Shown: positions 48,446 through 62,170, counted from the first letter of the whole stretch. The stretch: DNA of 63,987 nt, filler included, from Octopus bimaculoides (GCF_001194135.2; 6 parts of 5 records of this genome joined end to end with filler, not necessarily neighbours in it); one strand, 5' to 3'. Program-made: numbers and translations. The notes: a model not told the origin generated them from the letters alone.

Positions 48446-48884
48446 AGAGAAATCTCCATGCGTCTGCTAAGAAACAGGCCAATTTTGGCAAACAGAGGAA
48501 CAAGAATCCCAAGGATCGTGTTATGACCAGCCCAAAGAAGCGAGTTACTTTGAGTGATGTCGTACAAGTGATGCCGGTCGATGAAATGTTAAGTCCAGCT
48601 AGTATGTTCAATGGAGAAAATGGTGTCCCGGGCGCCAAAGAGGGCCCAAATGCCAACAAACCCAAAGTACCTCAAACTCCACCAAAGTCTGTCCTGAAAA
48701 ATTCCAAATCTGCAGAACGTAGAAAATTGCAGAATTCTTACAGTTCAGAGACATCTTCTGTGAATGAACCTTCACAAGGGACACCTTTGCAAGAGACCCC
48801 CTCACAAGAAAACCTTTCACAAGAGGAGTCTGCAACACAGAAAGAATTACCTTGTCGAGAACTGGATGAGCAAGAAGCTCTAAG
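48446..48884 (+). CDS. GORAB: GORAB (RAB6-interacting golgin) internal exon, disordered N-terminal region
   Basis: Polypyrimidine tract plus CAG acceptor, a 439-bp open frame, and donor AAG|GTAAAT (phase 2). It splices in frame to 50690-50791. The identity rests on the next exon. Confidence 0.8.
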
Positions 48885-48904
48885 GTAAATTTATTTATTT
48901 ATTC

Positions 48905-49050
48905 TTTTAGTTTTGTTTCAGGCGTTGGACTGTGGCCATGCTGGGGCACCACTTTTAAGGGCTTGAGAAGACACTTGCCCAAGGTGCCATGCAGTCAGAC
49001 TGAACCGAAAACAGTGTGACTTGGGTAGCAATCTTCTTACTAAAGACCTG
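48905..49050 (-). mobile_element. SINE family A fragment (intronic)
   Basis: Homology. Confidence 0.7.
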
Positions 49051-49430
49051 CCTGTGCTTAGCAACCTAAAGTTGATAAAAACAAAGAAAGTAAAAAGAAA
49101 AATAGAGATTAAAAAAAAAAATGAACAGAACAAAAGAACTGGATGAGTAGGTGGGATTTTCCCCTGTGAAACATTTGTGGGGAGTCATGGTTAGGGGGAT
49201 TGAAGTGTCTGAAAGTATTGCCTGAGTTGTGTTGCAATAATAGAGTGGACAAAAAGGTGTGGTTTAGCCTTTTGTGTTGGTTAAACTGCAAAGTCAGAGT
49301 CATGGAAGTCTAGTTTATCTGTTGTCTTTTCTTTTCTTTTGTGAGACACAAAAGCAGACACAAGAAAAAACAGAAGAAGCAAATGAAAAATAAAAACATT
49401 AAAACACAAACAGCAAAAGTCTAAAGGACA

Positions 49431-49890
49431 TAGGAGGGGGTGCTGAAAATTTCCTGACTTTAAGGCTATCATAACGGCCGAGTTGGCGACCCAACCTTCA
49501 GAGTTCTTTGACAGGGCTTAGAAAAACTCAGGACCCCTGCAATAAATGTGTGAATCTGAGAGAGGAATATGTTGAATAAAATCATAATTAACTGATCCTC
49601 CTGTATTTTCTTTTACCCAGTGCCTGGAACTTTTCANNNNNNNNNNTATATATATACATACACATATATATGAGGTGGTGCCAAAAAGTTTCTGATTTTA
49701 AGGGTATCGCAAAAGGCCTGGTTGAAAGCCCAACCTTCCAAGTTCTTTTAGAGGGCTTAGAAAAACTAAAGGACCGCTGCAATAAGTGTGTGAATCTGTG
49801 AAGGGGAATATGTTGAATAAAATCACAATTAACTGATCCGCCTGTATTTTCTTTTACTCAAAGACAGGAACTTTTCATCAGTCTCTCATA
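49431..49890. mobile_element. Two ~210-bp mariner-derived MITEs in tandem (49431-49636, 49669-49890)
   Basis: TIR-like GAGGGGGTGCTGAAAA(G)TT / AACTTTTCA. They retain the transposase C-terminal coding remnant GLEKLKDRCNKCVN..GEYVE*. Confidence 0.8.
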
Positions 49891-50126
49891 GTCCGAGAAA
49901 ACCATGCGTTGTTACATGGCTGAAGTGACCAGAAGTGGGGAGAGATTGAGAAAATGGTTTTTGGAGTCAGGGAGAAGGTAGATTATAAAAGTTAAAAGTA
50001 AAACCAGAGATTTGGGGCTTCCTGGTTTTTCTGACAAAACCCTTTGTAACCTTCATCCTGTCTTTGTCCTTACATGTTTTTGATTTATATTAGCCCTTGT
50101 GGCCAATAAAACAGAATTAATTATTA

Positions 50127-50158
<32 letters not shown>

Positions 50159-50159
50159 G

Positions 50160-50475
50160 TGAAGGCGCATGGCTCAGTGGTTAGAGCATCGGGCTTATGA
50201 TTGTGAGGTTGTGAGTTTGAATCCCGAACCGGGCTGCGTGTTGTGTTCTTGAGCAAGACACTTTACTTCACGTTGCTCCAGTTCACTCAGCCGTAGAAAT
50301 GGGTTGTGACGTCACAGGTGCCAAGCTGTATCGGCCCCTTTGCCTTTCCCTTGGATAACACTGATGGCAGGGAGAGGGGAGGCTGGTATGCATGGGCGAC
50401 TGCTGATCTTCCATAAACGACCTTGCTCGGACTTGTGCCTAGGAGGGTAACTTTCTTGGTGCAATCCCATGGTCA
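50160..50475 (+). mobile_element. SINE family C
   Basis: Homology to 31903-32226; preceded by (ATT)n. Confidence 0.88.
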
Positions 50476-50495
50476 GTAGCAGTATTATTATTTTA

Positions 50496-50530
<35 letters not shown>

Positions 50531-50689
50531 ATACATATATATGCACTTATCTCACTGGTCTGAAAGGGTCCAGTAAACGCCATGAGCAAATCCCCTTATT
50601 CTATATCAAACCATTGACGAAATTTGAATCAGAACCCCCAAAAGAGTATACCTAAATATTTGTGCTTTTTCAATTCCTTCCTGTTGCAG

Positions 50690-50791
50690 CCGGGAGTTGA
50701 CCCAAATTGAAAAATTCCAACACCAACAGAAACTTATAGAAGAAAAGAATAAACAGACCCGGAATTTCCTTGCTGAAGCCATTAAAGACCG
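50690..50791 (+). CDS. GORAB: GORAB exon, start of the conserved coiled coil: (S)RELTQIEKFQHQQKLIEEKNKQTRNFLAEAIKD(R)
   Basis: Acceptor TTCCTTCCTGTTGCAG, donor CG|GTAAGT, 102 bp, phase 2-2. It matches the recalled human GORAB segment QQEQRLMEEKNKRKKALLAKAIAER. Confidence 0.88.
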
Positions 50792-50989
50792 GTAAGTGCT
50801 GCATTTAACCTTCTTTGGAAGTTCTTGTATTTAGTTTTTTGTATTTCATATGTAAGATAATTCTTCGTTGGAAGCTAGTGTGTTGAAACAGATTTTGTTG
50901 TATCTTGGGAGGGTCATTATGCCAACAATAAACACACACACTGGTTTAATTTCACTTCTTTTATTCTCATTATTATTATTAGTCAGTTG

Positions 50990-51127
50990 AAGATAGTGAG
51001 CTGGCAGAATTGTTAGCACTCCGCATAAAATGCTTAGCAGCATTTCGTCTGTCCTTATCCTTGAGTTCAAATTCTGCCAAGATCGACTCTGCCTTTCATC
51101 CTTTCAGGGTCGATAAATTAAGTACCA
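50990..51127 (+). mobile_element. SINE family B, 5' part
   Basis: GAGCTGGCAGAATTGTTAGC...GAGTTCAAATTCTGCC; preceded by (ATT)n. Confidence 0.85.
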
Positions 51128-51129
51128 AA

Positions 51130-51500
51130 TAGAAGACTGAACCAAACTTCTATGCCTGTTTTGGCACAGTTTTTACAGCTGGATGCCCTTCTTAACAACA
51201 CCAACCACCCTGCAGAGTGGACTGAGTGCTTTTTATGTGGCACCAGCACAGGCAAGGTCAGTTTTGGCATGGCTTTTACAGCTGGATAACCTTCCAAATG
51301 CCAACCACTTTACAGTTTGAACTGGATACTTTTTATGTGGCACCAGTGCCGGCAAGGTCACCAATTACTTGCAAGACAAAGAACCTTTGAGAGGGGAGAG
51401 GCCAATGGAGGAGGTGGAGGAGGTGGTCTTGTGTCAGATGATGAAAGGTTAGAGTCTGACAGAGAAACAGAAACAAGTGTCTTGTTGTAGAGAAGGTACA
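51130..51500. repeat. Dispersed repeat with an internal ~100-bp duplication
   Basis: TTTTGGCA..GTTTTTACAGCTGGAT..CCTTC..A..CCAACCAC...TTTTTATGTGGCACCAG occurs twice. Confidence 0.7.
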
Positions 51501-51513
51501 TGATTATCCGGCC

Positions 51514-51544
<31 letters not shown>

Positions 51545-51597
51545 GAGACACAGAGAGAGAGAAAGAGAGATCAAGAATATATATATATATATATGAG

Positions 51598-51629
<32 letters not shown>

Positions 51630-51832
51630 CTAGATTATCTAGTATATATATATATATATATATACCGGAGTAAGCACATAAATGTGAAACAAGGTGGAAA
51701 AAAGAGTACTCAAATACCAGAGGTAGAGCAATATGCTTTTAAATAATATATATATATATCATCATCATCATCATCATCATCGTTTAACNNNNNNNNNNNN
51801 NNNNNNNNNNNNNNNNNNNNNNNNNNNNNNNN

Positions 51833-51844
51833 TTAATTAATTAA
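51833..51844. other. Artificial contig linker
   Basis: 44 N + TTAATTAATTAA + 44 N. Confidence 0.95.
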
Positions 51845-52060
51845 NNNNNNNNNNNNNNNNNNNNNNNNNNNNNNNNNNNNNNNNNNNNAGGTTAAAATAT
51901 ACATACATATATACATACATATATGAGTGCATGGATGGATTATGCATAAATATTATATACGTATACATACACACAAACACACACATGGCTTCATGTTTCA
52001 TGTAGATTTTTCTGCATATATTATAAAGACTTGCTATTTTCCTATAAATATATTGACAAA

Positions 52061-52137
<77 letters not shown>

Positions 52138-52261
52138 CTATATATAACAGATGCATATATGTGTATATATACACATATATATATATATTTATATTCATGT
52201 GTGTGTATATATATTTATATATAGTAAACATAGATACATGCATATATACATATATATTCTT

Positions 52262-52297
<36 letters not shown>

Positions 52298-52972
52298 ATG
52301 CTCACAAAGCATTTCTGTTGCAAACACTGAATACGCACGCATACACACAGCAACTGCACGCTTACACATACAGTAAGTCACGCGTGCACATGGCTACACG
52401 AGCACACACACACACACATACACACACTGACAATAACGGACAGGCGCACAGTCGCGCAATCTACACACAGGCTGCCGAGCGCTATGCTTACACGCGACGG
52501 CGCACACGCTCTTGCATGTCAAACACATACGGACATAATATTTTTTTCAATTATAAACTGTGGCTGAAAATTCAACGTTAGAAACGGATATCGCTAAAGG
52601 CAATCCCGTTGGAAATTTTGAGGGACGCTGTATAGAATACAAGGATTCATATGTTCCTTATATTTCCTGTTTTTACTAGGCAATGAGGAGCGCTATTTTA
52701 TAGTGAGTCGTTATTAGACTCCCTGTGTGTATTACTGGTGCTGTATTGCTTGGCTGTCTATAAATTTGGTGTTAAAAAAAGATGTTCGTCTCCGTGATAT
52801 CTGCCCCAAACGAATTACATACTCGACAGAGAAAATTACATTTTAAAATACAAGCAAATCCCATCGTAAGCATGCATGTATGTATGTATGTATGTATGTA
52901 TGTATGTATGTATGTATGTATGTATGTATGCATGTATGTATGTATGTATGTATGCTGGTGTTTTTGTATGTA

Positions 52973-53020
<48 letters not shown>

Positions 53021-53059
53021 AATCTATCTATATCTATATATATATTCATACATACATAT

Positions 53060-53106
<47 letters not shown>

Positions 53107-53111
53107 CACAT

Positions 53112-53238
<127 letters not shown>

Positions 53239-53451
53239 CATATATNNNNNNNNNNNNNNNNNNNNNNNNNNNNNNNNNNNNNNNNNNNNNNNNNNNNNNN
53301 NNNNNNNNNNNNNNNNNNNNNNNNNNNNNNNNNNNNNNNNNNNNNNNNNNNNNNNNNNNNNNNNNNNNNNNNNNNNNNNNNNNNNNNNNNNNNNNNNNNN
53401 NNNNNNNNNNNNNNNNNNNNNNNNNNNNNNNNNNNNNNNNNNNNNNNNNNN

Positions 53452-53499
<48 letters not shown>

Positions 53500-53501
<2 letters not shown>

Positions 53502-53579
53502 GAGGGTGTATGAAAAGTTTTGAGCCTTGAAGTCTTGTACCATGTTTTGTTTTTTTTGAGGCTCCATACACCCCTCGTA
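53500..53579. mobile_element. 80-bp mariner-type mini-MITE
   Basis: ACGAGGGTGTATG...GAGCCT / AGGCTCCATACACCCCTCGTA inverted ends. Confidence 0.65.
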
Positions 53580-53885
53580 AATATATACATACACTCACAG
53601 AACACTTTCTTTTATTCTTTTATTGGGATACTGTAAGGGTGGTGGGGTAACATAATTATATTATATAATACAATTACCTATACATAAATGTAGATGATAC
53701 TTATAGTATATACACAATTGCGTATAATGATACACATGCAAAAGTACGTATGTATATACATTTATATGTGCTTACATAAAATATTACATACATATGAACA
53801 TATATAATTGCATTCATACCTACCTACCTACCTACCTACCTACCTACCTACCTACCTTCCTTCCATCCTACCTACCAACCTACAT

Positions 53886-53974
53886 TCATAAGTTATGCAT
53901 AGACTACATACGTATATATATACATATATATATACGTACATATATATACATGCATAAGTTATGAATAGACTACA

Positions 53975-54006
<32 letters not shown>

Positions 54007-54039
54007 CATTCATAAGTTATGCATAGATTACATACATGC

Positions 54040-54084
<45 letters not shown>

Positions 54085-54570
54085 TNNNNNNNNNNNNNNN
54101 NNNNNNNNNNNNNNNNNNNNNNNNNNNNNNNNNNNNNNNNNNNNNNNNNNNNNNNNNNNNNNNNNNNNNNNNNNNNNNNNNNNNNNNNNNNNNNNNNNNN
54201 NNNNNNNNNNNNNNNNNNNNNNNNNNNNNNNNNNNNNNNNNNNNNNNNNNNNNNNNNNNNNNNNNNNNNNNNNNNNNNNNNNNNNNNNNNNNNNNNNNNN
54301 NNNNNNNNNNNNNNNNNNNNNNNNNATATATATATATATATACATACATGCATATACATTCATGAGTTATGCATAGATTACATACATACATATATATCTT
54401 CATGCGTGCATGCATATATACATACATACATACATACATACATACATTCAAACATGTAAGCATACATACATACATACATACATTCATACATGCATACATA
54501 CATACATACATACATACATTCAAACATGTAAGCATACATACATACATACATACATACATACATACATGCA
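53886..54570. repeat. Compound (CATA)n minisatellite with higher-order units
   Basis: CATAAGTTATGCATAGA(C/T)TACATAC occurs four times and ATTCAAACATGTAAGCATAC twice. Confidence 0.85.
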
Positions 54571-55059
54571 TGCATCCATAAAATCTTTGAATAAATATGT
54601 TCTTACTGTAAAGTGTCTTCCTTCTTGGTTCACAACCAAGTGGAAAGCAAATATAATAGCAGAGGACGACCTGTATGTGGTCACCTGTCGCGCCTGAAAT
54701 AGCAGCCAAATCATTGTGTAAAGCCATATTGAAGAATGCATATATAAGATAAGGTGAGAATACCACCTTTTATACATTCAATCGTTCAGGTGTCATCTCT
54801 TGCTAAAGCGCGTTACTGATTGGATTTCTCGATCTGCTAGAAATAGCAGATAATTCTGCTTAAACTAAATCAAAACGTGTGGATAAGGGAAGGACATTAC
54901 TGGAAAATATGTAACTCGATCAAGGAAATATGACGTGATGGCCATATTTAGAAAAACTTTGATGATAAACGTGCTCCATCGGAATTGATAGAGGTGTATA
55001 TAATAGCAGTAATAATTTAAACTCATGGATATATAGCCTGGTGTGTGTATATATATGTA

Positions 55060-55107
<48 letters not shown>

Positions 55108-55212
55108 TGCATGAGTGTGTGAGTGTGTGTCCGTGGCATGTGTGTATGTATACATGTATACATTGTATATGTATATATGTATATATTTATATACATACAC
55201 ACACCCATGCAT

Positions 55213-55270
<58 letters not shown>

Positions 55271-56332
55271 GTATGTATATATATGTAAATAAATAAATAT
55301 ANNNNNNNNNNNNNNNNNNNNNNNNNNNNNNNNNNNNNNNNNNNNNNNNNNNNNNNNNNNNNNNNNNNNNNNNNNNNNNNNNNNNNNNNNNNNNNNNNNN
55401 NNNNNNNNNNNNNNNNNNNNNNNNNNNNNNNNNNNNNNNNNNNNNNNNNNNNNNNNNNNNNNNNNNNNNNNNNNNNNNNNNNNNNNNNNNNNNNNNNNNN
55501 NNNNNNNNNNNNNNNNNNNNNNNNNNNNNNNNNNNNNNNNNNNNNNNNNNNNNNNNNNNNNNNNNNNNNNNNNNNNNNNNNNNNNNNNNNNNNNNNNNNN
55601 NNNNNNNNNNNNNNNNNNNNNNNNNNNNNNNNNNNNNNNNNNNNNNNNNNNNNNNNNNNNNNNNNNNNNNNNNNNNNNNNNNNNNNNNNNNNNNNNNNNN
55701 NNNNNNNNNNNNNNNNNNNNNNNNNNNNNNNNNNNNNNNNNNNNNNNNNNNNNNNNNNNNNNNNNNNNNNNNNNNNNNNNNNNNNNNNNNNNNNNNNNNN
55801 NNNNNNNNNNNNNNNNNNNNNNNNNNNNNNNNNNNNNNNNNNNNNNNNNNNNNNNNNNNNNNNNNNNNNNNNNNNNATATATGCATATATATAAATGTAT
55901 ACACACCTACACACACACACACACACACAACACACACACACACACATATATATATCTATATATATATATACATACATACATACATACATACATGTATAAA
56001 GATATGTTTTTGCCTTTGTATATCCGTCTGTAAGTGTATATTTATGAATTTTTGTGACGAAAATTATGAATGTGAAAGTGCTGTAAACTATAATGTATTG
56101 CTTACCTATTATTCTGGATATATACCTCTATATACTTTGCTTCGATCTATGTCAATACATCGATCCTTCGTTTACTTAGTCTAACTGTGCGCCTGTATGT
56201 CTGTCGGTCTGTCTTGAAATATTTGTTCTTCCGTCTACATCCGTATCCATAATTTTTGTATGTAATTGATATATGAATTTATGTATATATGAATGCGTGT
56301 GTGTATAAATATCTACACATATATATACGAAT

Positions 56333-56694
56333 ATATTCTTTTACAGTTATTCGACTGCGGCCATGCTGGAGCACGGCCTTTAGTCGAAGAAATCGACCTC
56401 AGGACTTGTTCTTTGTTAGTCGAACCGCTAAGTTACGGGACGTAAACACACCAACATCGGTTGTCAAGCGATGATGGGACGACAAACACAGACTCAAAAA
56501 TACACACCCACACAAACACACACACATGTATATATGACGGGCTTCTTTCAGTTTCCGTCTACCAAATGGCTTTGGGCGGCACGAGGCTATAGCTGAAGAC
56601 ACTTGCCCAAGGTGCCACGCAGTGGGACTGAACCTGGAACCTTGTAGTTGGGAAGCAAGCTTCTTACCAAGCAGCCACGCCTGCGCCTATATAT
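56333..56694 (-). mobile_element. SINE family A, near full length
   Basis: Reverse complement of the 15853-16282 family. Confidence 0.9.
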
Positions 56695-57092
56695 ATACAC
56701 ATACAACTGTACACATACACATATATATATACACATATATATATACACATACAACTGTACAGATGAATAAGCAGAAAATAGCATTAAATTTGTTGCATTC
56801 ACACATACATACATGCACCCACTGACACACTCACACACACACATAAACACAAATATGTGTGTATGTGCATGTGTACATGTATGCATATATATATATACAT
56901 ACATATATATATATCCATATACATAAATATACATATATTGATACAGGGTCCATATATGTGTACGAATATATGTATATGAGAATGTGAATGTATGTATGTA
57001 TATATGTATCTATCTATCTGTTTATCTATCTATCAGTCTGTCTGTCTAATAAATGTGTAGATGTATAGCTGTATTAATGATACCTACTACTC

Positions 57093-57152
<60 letters not shown>

Positions 57153-57155
<3 letters not shown>

Positions 57156-57361
57156 TTCAGACAAATACATAACAAAAACACCAGGATTTACAAATATATA
57201 TGACATACGGAAAATTGCACTACTGGGTACTGCACACATTCTACGCAAAACACTTTCAATACAGTAAACATAAGAGCACCACAGCAAACCACAGCACATA
57301 CCCAAGGCGCACAGAGCTGCGCTCGGTAGTGAAGTGAAAGCACGTTATAAAAATAAAACTA

Positions 57362-57365
<4 letters not shown>
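57153..57365 (+). mobile_element. R4/Dong-type LINE 3' end (family 1) in (TAA)n
   Basis: Nearly identical to 11645-11860; (AAT)n on both sides. Confidence 0.88.
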
Positions 57366-57438
<73 letters not shown>

Positions 57439-57444
57439 TAATAA

Positions 57445-57797
57445 TTCTTATTTCTATATGCTCAAGGCCTGAAATTTGGGGGAGGTTCCAGTCGATTAAA
57501 CCGGCCGTAGTGTTCGGATGGTACTTTATTTGATCGATCCCGAAAGGATGAAAGGCAAAGTCGATCTCAGAACGTAAGAACGGACGAAAAGCCGTTAAGC
57601 TAAAGATTTCCCCAGCATGCTGTTCATCCCTTTTTACTAAAGGCATAATGCCTGACATTTTGTGAGAGCAGACTAGTCGATTACATCGATACCAGTCCTC
57701 GATTGGTACTTATTTCATGAATCGATTTTGTCGGGATTTGAACTCAGATCGTGAAGGCGGGCGAAATACCGCTAAGCATTCTGCCAGTTTACTGCCT
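57445..57797 (-). mobile_element. Two partial SINE family B copies
   Basis: Homology. 57575-57700 is also duplicated at 58372-58510. Confidence 0.75.
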
Positions 57798-58221
57798 TAT
57801 ATCACTAACTCAATATATTTTGCATTAAAACCCCGTAAATGTACCATAGAACTCAATGAAGTGTGATGCTTATATAAGTGACCTAGAGACAACGGACTGT
57901 CGTTTCCCCCTCCCCTGAGACCCATGTATATATATATATTCACATACTCTCACAAACCCTTTTCTCTTAACCTCTTGTATCCCCGTTCCTATTCATCAAA
58001 CCCAATTATCGTTTCACATAGTTACACCTACCAGAGAAAACCAACTTGCCAAAAACTATATAAAGCCAAGAGTAACTCAAGTTTAACACAGTCTGATGAA
58101 GACTGTAAGGCCGAAACTTCGAAGCTAGAGTCACCGATCTTCTAGAAGACTAATGACATCTACAAATATGTAGAGCAAATTGTTTTTATGGATTACACAT
58201 AAAAATAAGCGTTAATATTCC

Positions 58222-58510
58222 AGCATAGCTATGTCTAAGAAGTTAGGTTCATAACCACAATGTTCCGGGTTCAGTCCTACAGCATGACACCTTGAGCAAG
58301 TGAGTTCTACTATAGCCTCAGGCCAACCAAAACCTTGTGAGCAGATTTGGTAGACAAAAAATGAAAGAACGTAAGAACGGACGAAAAGCCGCTAAGCATT
58401 TTGGCCCGGGGTGCCAAGGATTGTGCGTGCCATTATACCGCCCATCCTTTTTTACTAAAGGCATAAAGCCTGACATTTTGCGAGAGCGAGTTAGTCGATT
58501 ACATCAATAC
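58222..58510. mobile_element. SINE A 5' part (+) fused to a SINE B fragment (-)
   Basis: Homology to both families. Confidence 0.7.
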
Positions 58511-58559
58511 CAGAGTTTATCACGACTTCCTCCAAGTTAACTGAACTTAAATTGCTCAA

Positions 58560-59134
58560 TAATATATTAATCAAAAACGTTGACAGCTTCAAATATCTTG
58601 GAACACATATAGTAGACTCCTAAAAGCTCTTGCTTGGGATGCATGTAACAAACGTGATAAGATCTGGCACTCAAACCTTCCACCCATGTTAAAAGTTAAA
58701 ATATTTAGAACATTGATTGAGCCGGTCTTTTTCTATGGATCAGAGACCTGGACCTTATCGGCTGTCTTAGAAGAACAACTAGATGGAACATATACCAACC
58801 TGCTCAGGAAGATACAGAACATCAGTTGGAGATCACACCCAACACTTAGTGACATCTATGGAAGTCTGATACCAATATCCCTCAAGCTAAAGCACGAACG
58901 GCTACAATTTGCTGGTCACTGTCATCTGGCAGAGAAAGAAGTTATCTCATCCCTGCTCCTATAGCATCGCTCTGGAAGTGTTTTCTCCAGGAAACTGACA
59001 TTTCCAGATACTATATGTCGGCACTCTGGGTTGGATATTAAACATTTGAACACAGCAATGCAGGACCGTGTAGTGCGGAAAGGGATTGTCAATAGAGTTC
59101 TGACCAATCATATGTTAGTCGAAAGATGATGATG

Positions 59135-59135
<1 letters not shown>
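58560..59135 (+). mobile_element. RTE-clade LINE 3' fragment
   Basis: FKYLGT, KIFRTLIEPVFFYGSETWTL and RLQFAGHC; (GAT)n tail. Confidence 0.88.
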
Positions 59136-59198
<63 letters not shown>

Positions 59199-59242
59199 NN
59201 NNNNNNNNNNNNNNNNNNNNNNNNNNNNNNNNNNNNNNNNNN

Positions 59243-59254
59243 TTAATTAATTAA
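59243..59254. other. Artificial contig linker
   Basis: 44 N + TTAATTAATTAA + 44 N. Confidence 0.95.
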
Positions 59255-59298
59255 NNNNNNNNNNNNNNNNNNNNNNNNNNNNNNNNNNNNNNNNNNNN

Positions 59299-59381
<83 letters not shown>

Positions 59382-60409
59382 ACACACGCACATATACATA
59401 CATACGTATATACATGCATGTATGTATGTATGTATGTATGTATGTATGTATGTATGTATGTATGTATGTATGTATGCATGCACGGATGTATGTATGAATG
59501 TATGTATATATCCATGTATGCGTCCCTTATCACCGATGATGTCTTATATGGCTTTTTAGGTTTGCAACGGACTTGCAAGTCTTTTCACATTAATTACAGG
59601 TTAGTTTTCCTGGAGCAGCCTGACTATTTAGATGTTTGAATTTATAATGCCAAGTGTGTCCAACGGCTGACCTACCCACTTGTCTGTCTACTCCCTATGT
59701 ATACGCTGCGCTCTTTATAGCAAACAAAGAATGAATTATATAACTTATAAAATGTAAATGTATTCCATCTTTACATTATCACAAAGATCCTGGTAACAGC
59801 ATTAAAACATCTGTTCAAGAAACTGAGAAACATCGAAATGGGAATCTGGATTGCAGAGTGGCAAGCACCATTCATCTTTTATTTTTAAGAACCTGTCACA
59901 AATTCAGTGTTGAATAAGGGTTAGACTAATTTTCAACATATTAAACAAGAATTTGGCTACATTACAAATATGTTTTCAATCTCTCTTACTCTTTTTATTC
60001 TTGAATAATCTACTCGTGGAAGTGGATTTATAAACATTCACCTACGTTATCTGCTTAATGGCTACGTTATCTGCTTAATGGTGGAATTTATTATTAATTT
60101 AAACTAATATTTGTTAAATCATCACTACATTATGCGCGTGCAACATATACAAATATCTATATAAGACAAACATTACTGTTGACGGCTGATACTAGTGAAT
60201 GAAAAACTAGGAGCAATTAAGCTATAAGTGACGCTGTAATAGGATGAATGAAAATGAATTCAGTATACTTTTTTAAAGGGGTAGTTGCACCATGTGACAT
60301 TTTAGCCATATAGAAATTCACGGAAACTGCTATATGCATTTTTTATTTATTCCATCATTTGCCTAATAGATTTAATCTCGAAGTTTAAAAAAATCCAAAC
60401 GTTCAATAG

Positions 60410-61035
60410 TACAGGGTGTTCAAAAAGTCTCTCTGCAGTAAGCTTTTTATTGCAAAATAAATATTTATAAGATGGTATAAGACTACAAAAGAATATATTA
60501 GACTTTACAAGACTTTAAAAAACTTTATAAGAGGTGTTGAAAGTGTCGTCCTTCGTTTTCAATACACAAAATTTAATTACTTTTTTTCACTACAGTGTGA
60601 GCACTTCCTAGGCTGATTTCCGTTTTCTGTGACAATTTGCATAAGGACTTTGATGGGTTTGCCAACAGGTTATCAGAAATATTGGAGAGTGTTTCGTGTG
60701 AAAGAACAGTAGGACTACCACCTCTTGATGCGTCCTCCACTGAGCCTGTTTCTAAATTTTCTTATCAAATCCTGTACAGTGTTACCATATGGAACAACAG
60801 TATTTGGAAAAGTTTCACTGAACTTCTGTTTCATAGTATCTGTGCATTTGTTTCCAGCTCGAAACACTCATTCAACTAAAAATGTATGTTTTTCTATAGT
60901 TAGCATGTCGACACGCTGAAAGGTACACAATGACTGAGGGACAATGGCTGACACCCGGCCACCCACTCAGTGATAGCCAAGTTGCGCATGCACTGGATGA
61001 AAAAATTCACTGCAAAGATATTTTAAGCACCTGTA
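60410..61035 (-). mobile_element. Internally deleted Tc1/mariner element (TACAGGGTG-type termini)
   Basis: Termini TACAGGGTG... and ...GCACCTGTA. The minus strand keeps an N-terminal HTH remnant (LIRKF.ETGSVEDASRGGSP..NPSKSL..LSQKTEIS) joined directly to the C-terminal CIENEGRHFQHLL*. Confidence 0.8.
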
Positions 61036-61436
61036 TAAATGCTATTGTCAAAGGGACATAACTTTTTACAAAGTTACGTCCCTTATAAAAATGTAAGGGA
61101 GTTAATTATTGCTCCATTTCCAATCGCTGATCTCGACAAGCGGTGTTGCAGGGAGACAGAGCATGACCGTGGGTTTTGACGATGAACATTCAGGTGTTCG
61201 TCAACTGAATTACCTGTTTATTGAATTAGTGTGTCAGTGACTAAAACATTATAGCGAAATGTAGCACAAACAGAATGAGTGTCACAGCGTAACGTATTTG
61301 GACAAATCATAGGACCAAAATCCTACGTGTCAGAAGCGAGCACCTCTGGAAGCATTCTTTTCAGCTGGGACTAGAGTAGCTCAGAGAAGATCTGGAGGTG
61401 AAACGCTCAGGATGAAAAAAAAAAAAAAAAAAAGAG

Positions 61437-62170
61437 CATGCATGGGTATGTTTCCAGATGACTTAAAGAAGACAATAACATTGAGATAAAGTCTCTCTTG
61501 GACTTGTGACCGCTACATCACGCCACACTTCGAAGTCTATGCATTTGTAATTCAAGGACCTGAAGATTACTAGTAAATATCTCAACAGAAGAGACAGTGA
61601 AACCCTTGGAGTTCCAAGATGCAACCGTAAATGTTGATTATATCATGTTTCTGTGGAAGACATCACATGTAATTAGCAGCTGCCCCCAAATGTCATCAAG
61701 GTACTAACCTCTATATGAAACACGACGTTGTCGTAAAAACATTATACAATGTCATCTAGTGAAAGGACTGTCCTCAAATAAATATAGAGAATCTCCATGT
61801 TATTGAATAACTTCTGTCAAGTGTAAGCATAACAAATATAAAACAGGATGTTGTTGTATAGACAAGAAAAGTATGTACCATCATACAGGTCAGTTGTCCT
61901 ACTGATGTGAATATCTGTTAGAAAAGCAAAGAGAAAGAAGATAGCTATGGACAATTGCTTCGAAACCTCCAGTTTCTATATCCGGATTACAAATTCACAT
62001 TTATACCAATAATAATTGTAGTATTTGGTTTTGTGAGTAAATGCTTAGTTGTCAGTTTGGATAAGCTAGGGTTTTCAGAAAACGAAATCAACCGAGTCGC
62101 ACATTACAACTACACTCTGTAAGCGGAACAGTAAAACTATGCAAGACTTTTCTCAGGTTTAAAATGTGAC
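61437..62170 (+). mobile_element. RLE-type (R4/Hero-like) LINE 3' portion
   Basis: MHGYV, HFEVYAFVIQ, VEDIT.VISSCPQMSSRY, HDVVVK and FIPIII..G..VSGTVKLCKTFLRF. Confidence 0.8.

Noticed and set aside
60041-60080. 20-bp perfect tandem duplication CTACGTTATCTGCTTAATGG
   Set aside because: It is an ordinary local duplication with no associated element evident.
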